Below, one piece after another: positions 1-7,721 of a DNA stretch of 31,750 nt (position 1 is its first letter; every line of letters begins with the position of its first letter). The notes under the pieces were generated by a model. It searched no databases. It saw nothing but the letters and a program-made list of their open reading frames with translations, and was not told where the DNA came from. The stretch is from Elusimicrobiota bacterium (GTDB taxonomy: Bacteria; Elusimicrobiota; Elusimicrobia; UBA1565), in contig JBDREN010000133.1 of assembly GCA_043819795.1 (NCBI GenBank), positions 1 to 31,750 on the forward strand, in the 5' to 3' direction. The translations under genes and the position numbers were made by a program.

Positions 1-64
1 CTCGCGCTACTGTCGGCCCGCCTTCCGGAACGGAAGCGCGGGTCGGCTGAAGCGATTGTTATGT
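1..64 (-). repeat. attC: attC site of cassette 3 (truncated by window edge)
   Basis: Inverse core ACATAAC (minus strand, 64-58) contains the TAA stop of ORF 59-478 and is complementary to GTTATGT at the cassette start (500-494). Bases 1-54 are identical to 1158-1211 of the cassette 1 attC. Confidence 0.9.
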
Positions 65-478
65 GCCACGATTGTTTATGGATGAAAATCGTAACTGCAA
101 AACCCTCGCTGTCACTGCCCCGATAACCCCCGCAACAGCAAGGGCCCCTGGCGCAGCTCGAAATGCAAATAGCGCAAAACATGCGCCAGCAAGATACAGC
201 ACCCATGCTACGAGAGATCGTTGCCGGGGAGCCATCATAGTCCCCAAGAGAACAACAAGAATTGCGGCCACACCTGCCCCGATGAGGACTGGCAGCTTGT
301 TGACCCAAGGCACATCGCACATGCCTGAAATCACCGTTCCGCCGGGACACCAAGATGTCAGCGAATTGAATATTCCTATAGCCAGGAACAAAGCAATATA
401 AAATCCGATTACGGCACTCGGTAAAATGAGAATCCATCGAACTCCTGCGATTACCGTTGCCGTTTTGCTTTGTCTCAT
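59..478 (-). CDS. Integron cassette 3: hypothetical membrane protein (~4 TM helices)
   Basis: 139-aa ORF filling the cassette between attC sites; four hydrophobic stretches; stop lies in the inverse core. Confidence 0.85.
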   Translation of the reverse strand: MRQSKTATVIAGVRWILILPSAVIGFYIALFLAIGIFNSLTSWCPGGTVISGMCDVPWVNKLPVLIGAGVAAILVVLLGTMMAPRQRSLVAWVLYLAGACFALFAFRAAPGALAVAGVIGAVTARVLQLRFSSINNRGT

Positions 479-493
479 GATGCGTTTATGTGC

Positions 494-567
494 ACATAAC
501 GCTTACGCTCAGCCGCGCGCGCTCTATACACCCTGAGGCGCGCGGCGGCTGAAGCGCTTAGTTAGCA
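494..567 (-). repeat. attC: attC site of cassette 2 (74 bp)
   Basis: Inverse core TGCTAAC (567-561) ... core GTTATGT (500-494); internal imperfect palindrome CGCTCAGCCG...CGGCTGAAGCG. The inverse core matches GTTAGCA at the cassette 2 start. Confidence 0.9.
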
Positions 568-1127
568 GGCCGGTATCCATACACTCTCAAGTCTTCCGAG
601 CCGTCCCTCTTAATTAATCCCTCCTCTTGCAGTGGCTCCGGAGCATTGATTTTGTCCGCCGTGTATTGTGACATTCGAATGACAGATCCGTCCGTATCCT
701 TCATCTTGAATAGGTGATCAGCAATTAATACCGCCGCCCCAACGATTTGAAACTGCTTCGTCGGACCGAAAAAGTCGCCTCCCATGCTTCCTGTGCCGAG
801 AACTATCCTTACCTCCATCATAACATCCGCGTCGTTCCCTGAAGGCGGCGCAAGCGACTTCAGAATTGCACACGCGGCGTCGAACGCTGCCTGCGCGTGG
901 CTGGGGTCGTCGCCTGCCCCCTGCCAAAACGCCACGACCGTATCACCGTCAAATCGAACAATCCTCCCAGAATGTTGCTCGATCGCCGCAGAAACTCTCT
1001 CGAGATAAGTCTTCAAGCTCCCCAATGATTCCTGAGGAGGAAGAATCTCAGTCATAGCGACGCTGTTAACGATTCCACTACGGAAAACCGTGCCTTCGCC
1101 TGTGAACTTCTCAATCTTGCCTTTCAT
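558..1127 (-). CDS. Integron cassette 2: class III adenylate/guanylate cyclase-like domain protein, catalytically degenerate
   Basis: Motifs AIEQHSGRIVRFDGDTVVAFW, HAQAAFDAA, VRIVLGTG, IVGAAVLIADHL and IRMSQYT follow the class III cyclase fold; the first Asp and the Asn/Arg pair are replaced. Confidence 0.8.
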   Translation of the reverse strand: MKGKIEKFTGEGTVFRSGIVNSVAMTEILPPQESLGSLKTYLERVSAAIEQHSGRIVRFDGDTVVAFWQGAGDDPSHAQAAFDAACAILKSLAPPSGNDADVMMEVRIVLGTGSMGGDFFGPTKQFQIVGAAVLIADHLFKMKDTDGSVIRMSQYTADKINAPEPLQEEGLIKRDGSEDLRVYGYRPAN

Positions 1128-1133
1128 GGGTCC

Positions 1134-1221
1134 TGCTAACGGATGTCGGTCAGCCGCCTCGCGCTACTGTCGGCCCGCCTTCCGGAACGGAAGCGCGGGT
1201 CGGCTGAAGCGCGGGTTAGGC
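1134..1221 (-). repeat. attC: attC site of cassette 1 (88 bp)
   Basis: Inverse core GCCTAAC (1221-1215, holds the TAA stop) ... core GTTAGCA (1140-1134); inner TCAGCCG/CGGCTGA palindrome. Confidence 0.92.
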
Positions 1222-1671
1222 GTCACCCAGTCCAGTGATATCCCGGCACTCATCTGGCGGAAAGTCCTTCGCTTCCGCATCGGCTAGGACGGGAGGATGC
1301 CCCGGCGGATGAACAGGCTTCCCGGCAGTGCCTCCCGACCCCTGCCCGCTCCCTGCGCCATAGAATTTGTCAACAGCGCGAAGCAGTTGTGATCGCGGTG
1401 CAACAAAGGGTTCAACATCAAGACCGGATATGCGCTTCAATTCGTTGATCAGCCTCGCGTCTTGGGGGGAAACCATCGCGATGGCCAGAGTATTGCCGTC
1501 ACGGAAGAGCGGAAACACCTCATGTTCGCGTGCGAACTGTGCTGGGACGATATCACGCAGGTTCTGATTTTCCTCCGCTTTCAGCACCTGGTTCTGCGCT
1601 GAAGCATATGGAATCCCCAGCTGTTTGCTGAGCGCAGAAGCAGACGACTCCTCGTTCATCCCGTCATTCAT
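1216..1671 (-). CDS. Integron cassette 1: stand-alone GspE/PilB N-terminal (T2SSE_N/MshEN-family) domain protein
   Basis: LSKQLGIPY...IVPAQFAREHEVFPLFRDGNTLAIAMVSPQD...LKRISGLDVEPFVA...LLRAVDKFYG is the typical pattern; AGGAGG RBS; no ATPase domain. Confidence 0.85.
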   Translation of the reverse strand: MNDGMNEESSASALSKQLGIPYASAQNQVLKAEENQNLRDIVPAQFAREHEVFPLFRDGNTLAIAMVSPQDARLINELKRISGLDVEPFVAPRSQLLRAVDKFYGAGSGQGSGGTAGKPVHPPGHPPVLADAEAKDFPPDECRDITGLGDA

Positions 1672-1712
1672 CGGACCTCCTCCTGCATGATACTATTCCA
1701 CATTCATTGGAC

Positions 1713-1745
1713 GCCTAACGTATGAGTCTATTGACCAGTATAGGG
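1713..1745 (-). other. attI: attI site (crossover G|TT at 1719/1718)
   Basis: Minus-strand GTTAGGCGTC at 1719-1710 is the exact complement of GACGCCTAAC at the end of cassette 1. No attC hairpin precedes it, and it lies between the intI stop and the first cassette. The outer boundary is approximate. Confidence 0.8.
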
Positions 1746-1765
1746 CCAGTTCGGGAAATTGGCGA
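1737..1765 (-). promoter_or_regulatory. Candidate cassette promoter Pc
   Basis: TCGCCA-N17-TATACT on the minus strand, pointing into attI and the cassettes. Confidence 0.55.
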
Positions 1766-1851
1766 GGGGAAATTTCTGGCGGCGGCGGCGGACTTTCTTG
1801 TGGTGGCCGGTCCCCGGGATTCTGGCATACGCTGCATGGCTGGTCAGTGTA

Positions 1852-3183
1852 TCACGCCTGGCCCGTTTCCGCTTCCGGCCCGAGCCCGATCCGGTCGGCC
1901 GGGCTCTTGACGCCGCGGCCGCCCCGATTGAGGACATGGGTGTAGACCATGGTGGTGCTCACGTCGCTGTGCCCGAGCAGCTCCTGGACGGTCCGGATGT
2001 CGTGGCCGTCCTCCAGCAGATGGGTGGCGAAGGAATGTCTGAGCGTGTGGCAGCTCGCCGGCTTGGCTATGCCCGCCCGGACGCGCGCTTCCTTAAAAGC
2101 GCGCTGCAGGACCGACTCGTTGAGGTGGTGCCTGCGGCGTTCCCCGGAGATCCTGTCGGTGTAGTGGCTCGTCGCCGGGAAGACCCATTGCCAGCCCCAT
2201 TCTTGGGAGGCGTTGGGGTATTTCCGCGCGAGGGCGTCGGGCAGGGTGACGCGTCCCAGGCCCCTGGCGACGTCCTTGCCGTGCTGCCGCCGGACCGCCT
2301 CCAGGTGCCGCTCGAGCGGCTCCCGCGCCCCCGCGGGCAGCATGGTGTGGCGGTCCTTATTGCCCTTGCCGGCCCGGACCATCAGCTGATTCTGCCCGAA
2401 ATCCACGTCCTTCACGCGTAGGCTACAGCATTCGAGCAGGCGCAGGCCGGCCCCGTACAGGAGGGTCGCCATCAGGCGAGGGGTCCCGGTCATGCGGCCC
2501 ACCACGCGTCTTACCTCGTCGCGGCTGAGGACGATCGGGAGCCTTCGGGGCCTTTTTGCCCGGACCATGCCCTCCATGAGGCCGATCTTCCTGCCCAGGA
2601 CTTGCTCATAGAGGAACAGCAGCGCGTTCAGGGCCTGGTTCTGGGTGGAGGCGCTGACGCCCGCGTCGCTGGCGAGCCCGGAGAGGAACCGTTTGATCTC
2701 GGCTTCGTCCAGGGACTCCGGCTTCGCATCGCCTTGGCGCCGGAGGAACCGGTCGGCCCAGCTGACATAGGCTTTTTCCGTCCTGGGGCTGTAATGCCGG
2801 GCGCGGACGGCCCGGCGGAGCCTCTCCAGCAGGCGCGTTCGCGAAGAGGGGGGGCTCGGCGCGGGGAGGGCCGTCCGCGGGGCTCCCGGTGCCCGAAGCG
2901 CCGGGTCCAGATCGACGGGTTCTCCTGAGAAAAGGCGGAGCAGGTGGGCGACCATCCGTCCGCCGCCGGGCACGGTCCAGTGCATCTGCTCGGGATGCCA
3001 CCAGCGGCCGGCCACGGTCCTGATCTTCTCCAAGTGTCCGGGAGAATAGGGCAGTTGCACGATGATCCGGCCCTCCTCGCCCGGCTGTAGCCTGATCCGG
3101 CGGGGCGGCCTCAACGCCGCCTGCCGTTGGGCGGAGGCCCGCTCGATTTTCCGGCTTTCTCCGGCCGCTCTTGGCGTTTCCAT
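1852..3183 (-). CDS. intI: Integron integrase with N-terminal extension
   Basis: [39 protein letters not shown], IntI-specific insert [23 protein letters not shown]...[31 protein letters not shown]. The ATG at 3183 has an AGGGGG RBS. Confidence 0.97.
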   Translation of the reverse strand: METPRAAGESRKIERASAQRQAALRPPRRIRLQPGEEGRIIVQLPYSPGHLEKIRTVAGRWWHPEQMHWTVPGGGRMVAHLLRLFSGEPVDLDPALRAPGAPRTALPAPSPPSSRTRLLERLRRAVRARHYSPRTEKAYVSWADRFLRRQGDAKPESLDEAEIKRFLSGLASDAGVSASTQNQALNALLFLYEQVLGRKIGLMEGMVRAKRPRRLPIVLSRDEVRRVVGRMTGTPRLMATLLYGAGLRLLECCSLRVKDVDFGQNQLMVRAGKGNKDRHTMLPAGAREPLERHLEAVRRQHGKDVARGLGRVTLPDALARKYPNASQEWGWQWVFPATSHYTDRISGERRRHHLNESVLQRAFKEARVRAGIAKPASCHTLRHSFATHLLEDGHDIRTVQELLGHSDVSTTMVYTHVLNRGGRGVKSPADRIGLGPEAETGQA

Positions 3184-3278
3184 GGCTGTACCCCCTACCA
3201 GCCATACGAGCGGGAGGCCGGTTGAGTTCCCTCCCGGCACCGGCCCGCGCCCGTCCTCTCCGGCACTTCTTGGACGAT

Positions 3279-3319
3279 TACTAGACTAGTATTATATCAA
3301 AAACCCGTTATTCCGGCAG
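3279..3319 (-). promoter_or_regulatory. Candidate intI promoter (extended -10 TGaTATAAT) with overlapping palindrome TACTAG-A-CTAGTA
   Basis: TATAAT at 3296-3291 preceded by TG; weak -35 CTGCCG 17 bp upstream; perfect 13-bp palindrome at 3279-3291. Confidence 0.6.
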
Positions 3320-3421
3320 CGCAGCAAGGGCGCCGTTCTTGGCCGAGGGGGGTGATTTTTCAAGGCCCTTAGGGGTGATTTTTCGCGGCCCCTGAGCCCC
3401 CCGACCAGGTCCCGCCGTCGC

Positions 3422-3529
3422 GCTTGTGAATCGTGGGGGCTGGCCTCCGGCCAGTCCCAGCGGCGGGGGAATCGGTGTGCAACGCGGGCGTTGTGCACGG
3501 AATCCCCGGCCGCGGCGCGATTCACAAGC
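3422..3529. repeat. ~108-bp structured palindromic element, copy 1
   Basis: Terminal IR GCTTGTGAATCG/CGATTCACAAGC with internal hairpins; related copy at 10472-10579. Confidence 0.8.
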
Positions 3530-3580
3530 CGGGCCCCGGGCGGTCGCGGCAGGCCCGACTTTCCGGGAGATCCAGCGCCG

Positions 3581-4523
3581 TTGGCCGCGCATTCCGGGGC
3601 TTGCGGATCCGGCCCGACGCGCTTGAGCGGGGCGCGGGCGGGGCCGCGATGGCGGGCCGGCCGGACGATCTCCAGCCTGGATTCCGCGCGGACTTCGCCC
3701 GCGGAATCGGGCTGGAGGCCGGCCGGATTCGCGGAGGTCCCGGGCCTTTGCGGACCGGTCTCGGAGCGAATCTTGGCCCGGTTCGTCTCATTGTTGGGCC
3801 CATAGCTCCAGCCTCATTTTCGTCGCCGGCCCATCCGGCCTCTTCTTGCTCGTTTCTGCTGGCTTTACCAGGAACTCTCCCACCCGCTTCGATCCATCCA
3901 GCAATGGATTCGCGTCCCAACCCCTCTCCCGCTACGAACTGTCTGGTGGGTGGTGTGCGGTAGAGGGGTTGGGACGGCAGCGGGTGGGAAATGGGGGATG
4001 GACTTGGGGGAAACTGCGGGAGAAACTCGGGCGCTCCGAGGCCCGGGATCCATTCCACGATCGGGCTTGGCCGCGCATCCGGGGGCCTGCGGATGCGGCC
4101 CGACGCGCTTGAGCGGGGCCCGGGCGGGGCCGCGATGGCGGGCTGGCCGGACGATCTTCAGCCGGGATTTCGCGCGGCCTTTGCCCGCGGAATCGGGCGG
4201 GAGGCCGGGCGGATTCGCGGAGGTCCCGGGCCTGTGCGGACCGGTCTCGGGGCGGGTCTTGGCCCGGTTCGACTCATCGCCGGCCCCGTAGCTCCAGCGT
4301 CATTTTTCGAACCCGGGCGACGGCCTTCTGAGCAATCGGATATCATGGCTATTGTTGAACATCTCCCACCCGCCTCGATCCGGCCAGCGCCGGATTCGTG
4401 TCCCAACCACTCTCCCGCTACGAACGGTGTGGTGGGGGGGGGGCGGGAGAGGGGGTGGGGCCGCGGCGGGTGGGAAATGAGGGATGGACTTGGTGGGAAC
4501 TGGGGGGAAACTCGGGCGCTCTG
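3581..4523. repeat. Imperfect tandem duplication, ~486-bp period (3581-~4038 and 4067-~4523)
   Basis: Both copies start TTGGCCGCGCAT..., share long blocks (GGCCCGACGCGCTTGAGCGGGGC, GGATTCGCGGAGGTCCCGGGCCT, TCTCCCGCTACGAAC) and end GAAACTCGGGCGCTC. Confidence 0.9.
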
Positions 4524-5442
4524 CGGCACGGTTTCTATCCCGCGGTCGGACTGAGCCGGGCGCGGAAATCGCCCTTGACGCGGGGACTTCTCAGCCCGCA
4601 GCGGCCGGCAGACAGGCCCCTCTCCTGGCCGAAATCCGGGATGAAGCCTGCGGGAAATCCCGCGGCCCCGCTGCGATGTGGCGCGTGTGGGTGCGGGGCT
4701 GCCGGGCTGTCTCCGGGCTCCGGACCGCGGCTTGGCGCGCGCAGAATTGCCTCTCCCAAGTATATCTTGGAGCGGCGGCGAGCAGGGTGATCGCTGGGAA
4801 ACTGCCGCGGAATTCCCGCTTCGGATCGGCTCAGGGGCCATCTTAATGCCGGATATGGATGTTAGCTCGCGTGTTAGCCGGAGCTACCTTCCAAGCTAAC
4901 GCCCGGGACGCCAGAGGTCCGTGACAATGTGGCGCGATTCCCAGCGCTTTTCTCGTCCACCTCTCACCCTGCGATGCAGGGTTCGCGCCCCGACCCCGCC
5001 CCCGCAACGACTGCATGCGAGGCCGGGGTCGGGGCGGTGGTGGACGAGACAGAGGGGGAATCATTCTGGGGGTTTGGAGTGGAAAAAAACGACAAAGGAC
5101 AACGGCAACTGGACCTCAATCTAGATGAATGCGAGCTGAAACTTGACCGACTGTATGAATGCCGCGGCGCCCTTGGGCGGGGGCGATCAACCGCTCGCAG
5201 CGGCATCGCCCACCATGCGTTGCGCAGCCCGAACTCTCGACATCTTCCGCGCAATTCTTTCCGGTATTGGCGGCTCCATGACCTCCAGCCAGGGGGGGCT
5301 GCAAGGTCAAGGGCGCGGGATCGGCGGGCGGCAATTCAGCGGGATGATCCTGAAACGAGGCGCGATATCTCCCAGGTGGCCGGCACACTTTTCGAAATCT
5401 CAGAGCGAATCTACTCAGCTGAAACCCAAATCCGGCAATTCG

Positions 5443-5448
5443 TATAAT
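5443..5448 (+). promoter_or_regulatory. -10 box TATAAT, probably giving a leaderless transcript
   Basis: TATAAT 6 nt before ATG 5455, no RBS; CTGAAA 18 bp upstream. Confidence 0.6.
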
Positions 5449-5454
5449 CCATCC

Positions 5455-6231
5455 ATGAGCCATCACGAACACTTCCCGACCCCAGAAGAGCTCTCCTCGG
5501 CGCCGATTTGCGACCGTGCGGACTCGCTGAAGTTCTACTCTGACGAGAGCGCCAAGCGCCGGAAGAAAGGCGAGCCGGGCCCGTTGCGCATGCTGATGCC
5601 GGCGGCCCGGTTCGCGGAGCTTGTGGACGCCTTGGCAGATTTCAAGCCGAGTCCGCGGCTGCTTGACGCCTGGGCTTCCCTGGGATTGATCTCGCCGCCG
5701 CTGGAGCGGGAGGGCCGCAAGGACCTCTTCGTATATCCCGACCACTTCGAGCAGGCGGCCGTGGTCCTGACCCTCCGCTACTGCTACCACCTGCCCTTGA
5801 AGGCCATCCGGGATTTGCTGGCGCACTTCCCGCATGACCTGTTCCACGTGGTAACGTCCCGGAAACTGTCCGCCGATGAGCTGTTGGACGCGGCCAAGAT
5901 GCTCCCCGGCGGTTTCGAGCTGAAGGATATCTTCATGGCCCGGGCCTGCGACGCGATGCTCGGCGATCTCCTGCCCGCGGACGAGGCACTGCAGGCGGCG
6001 GCCGAGGAGGGGGGGCGGCTGCGGAAGCTGGAGGAGGAGCGCATCCTCTCCCGGCTTGATGAGATCAAGGCCTGGGTGACGGCCGGCGGCCGGCAGAAGT
6101 TCGTCCAGCGCGAGGCCGCCAGGGACTTCCAAGACTTGGCCTGGCGGCAGCGCTTGGCCGTCCGGGTCCGGAAGAAGCTGCTGGCCCGCCAAGCCCGGAT
6201 CATACGCGACGCGGCCGCGAAGGGGGGCTGA
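5455..6231 (+). CDS. MerR-like helix-turn-helix DNA-binding protein
   Basis: SPRLLDAWASLGLISPP...YPDHFEQAAVVLTLRYCYHLPLKAIRDLL resembles a MerR-type winged HTH. GC3-rich codons begin near 5455, so the ORF-track start at 5143 is unlikely. Confidence 0.65.
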   Translation: MSHHEHFPTPEELSSAPICDRADSLKFYSDESAKRRKKGEPGPLRMLMPAARFAELVDALADFKPSPRLLDAWASLGLISPPLEREGRKDLFVYPDHFEQAAVVLTLRYCYHLPLKAIRDLLAHFPHDLFHVVTSRKLSADELLDAAKMLPGGFELKDIFMARACDAMLGDLLPADEALQAAAEEGGRLRKLEEERILSRLDEIKAWVTAGGRQKFVQREAARDFQDLAWRQRLAVRVRKKLLARQARIIRDAAAKGG

Positions 6232-6287
6232 GCTTGCCGATGTCCCCGGCCCGACTCTCCGGCACCGGAGGCGGTGGATAGCCCCGA

Positions 6288-6494
6288 ATGGAGCGCCTCC
6301 TGACCGTCGATCAGCTCGCCGACCGGCTTCAAGTGAAGCCGCGGACGATCTATCAATGGGTCCACGAGCGCTATATCCCGACGGTCAAGCTCGGGAGCCT
6401 GGTCCGGTTCAGCCCGGCCCGGGTCTCGGAATGGCTGGAGAAGCGGGAAGTGCCGGGACGGGTAAGACGGAGCCTGGCGGTCGATATCGAATAG
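6288..6494 (+). CDS. Excisionase-family HTH protein (Xis/HTH_17)
   Basis: LLTVDQLADRLQVKPRTIYQWVHERYIPTVKLGSLVRF; 68 aa; next to an integrase. Confidence 0.9.
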   Translation: MERLLTVDQLADRLQVKPRTIYQWVHERYIPTVKLGSLVRFSPARVSEWLEKREVPGRVRRSLAVDIE

Positions 6495-6549
6495 GGCGGG
6501 ACACCCCCGCCTGCCGGATAGTCCCGGCCTCCCAACCTTTCGGCCGGGA
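6495..6549. terminator. Two GC hairpins between convergent xis and int
   Basis: GGCGGG/CCCGCC and TCCCGGCC/GGCCGGGA; no clear U-tract. Confidence 0.35.
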
Positions 6550-6551
6550 GA

Positions 6552-7577
6552 TCAGAACCGCAGCCTTTCAACGGCTGATTTCAAGAAGTCCGGCGCCAGG
6601 TGCGCGTAGATCTCGGTCGTCTTGATATCCGCGTGGCCGAGGAGCTTGGCAACGGTATAGAGGTCCGCTCCCCGCATCACGAGGTGGCTCGCGAAGGTAT
6701 GGCGCAGGGCGTGGAGATGGCCGGGGATCTTCAGCTCTTTGAGCAGGGCCTTGAACTGGTGGGTCAGGTGGTCGGCGCAGAGGGGCCCGCCGTTTCCGTG
6801 CGTGAAGATGAAGCCCGGGGTTTTGGCGGAGGCTTTCCTCATGGACTTGAAGGCCTGGAGCGCGGCGGCGTTCAGCGGGATGTGACGGACCTCGTAGTCC
6901 TTGGGGCGCCAGCCCTCCTTGGCCTGGACGATGAGTAGCCGGCGGCCGAGGTCCACGTCGTCCCAGGTAAGGTGCAGCAGCTCCTCGCGGCGCAGGCCGG
7001 TGTTGACCAGGATCTGGACCATGGCCTTGAGCTGGCCTTGGGCGGCATTGAGAATCCGGGACACCTCCTTCTTCGCGAAGAACCGGGCCTGGCGCTTGGG
7101 CTCCTTGAACTTCTTGACGGCCTGGGCCGGGCTCTTGGGGAGGAATCCCCACTCCACGCCTCGGTTGAAGAGGGCCTTGATGATGGCCAGCTCCCGGTTG
7201 ACCGTGGAGGGCTTGGCCCCTTCCTCGCGGCGGTGGTTCTTGAACTTCTCGATCTGGAAGTTGGTGATGTTCTTGAGGCGGTCGGAGCCGATGAACTCCC
7301 TGAACTTGGCCAGGACCTTGACGTTCAAGAGATGCGACTCGGTGGTGGCGTGGGCCTTGGAGTGCTTGAGATACTCCGCTATGAGGTGCTCCAGCCGCTT
7401 GTCGGACTGGGTGAAGCCGATCTCGCGGCGCTCGATCTTGACCCGGACGTCGGAGAGGGCCAGCTCGGCCAGGCGCTTGGAGCGGCCGAGCTTCTTGCGG
7501 ACCCGGCGGCCCTCCACCGCGTAGTCCATGTACCAGGACAAACCCTTCTTGCCTTTGCGCTGATAGATGCGGGCCAT
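6552..7577 (-). CDS. Phage-type tyrosine recombinase/integrase
   Basis: N-terminal arm-binding-like WYMDYAVEGRRVRKK; TGLRREE, HALRHTFASHL, LLGHADIKTTEIYAHL catalytic motifs intact. Confidence 0.95.
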   Translation of the reverse strand: MARIYQRKGKKGLSWYMDYAVEGRRVRKKLGRSKRLAELALSDVRVKIERREIGFTQSDKRLEHLIAEYLKHSKAHATTESHLLNVKVLAKFREFIGSDRLKNITNFQIEKFKNHRREEGAKPSTVNRELAIIKALFNRGVEWGFLPKSPAQAVKKFKEPKRQARFFAKKEVSRILNAAQGQLKAMVQILVNTGLRREELLHLTWDDVDLGRRLLIVQAKEGWRPKDYEVRHIPLNAAALQAFKSMRKASAKTPGFIFTHGNGGPLCADHLTHQFKALLKELKIPGHLHALRHTFASHLVMRGADLYTVAKLLGHADIKTTEIYAHLAPDFLKSAVERLRF

Positions 7578-7721
7578 CTGTCTTCTACCCCTGTTTCACC
7601 GTGGAAGGCCGACTCCTGAGCGCGTCGCCGCCTCCGCCCTTGCCGGGCCTCCCTCCGCGATATGGGCGGGTCTCGATGTGCGGCGAGGCGCCCGCTGCCC
7701 CGCGGGGCTCCTCCATTATGG

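Noticed and set aside
59..1127. Cyclase plus membrane protein as a Pycsar-like defence pair
   Set aside because: The genes are in separate cassettes with their own attC sites, and the cyclase lacks key catalytic residues.
1759..2928. Plus-strand ORFs of 220 and 108 aa
   Set aside because: Antisense shadows of intI, expected in high-GC coding DNA.
3292..5447. Many overlapping Arg/Pro/Gly-rich ORFs
   Set aside because: No domain motifs or codon bias, and frames are not preserved between the duplicated copies.
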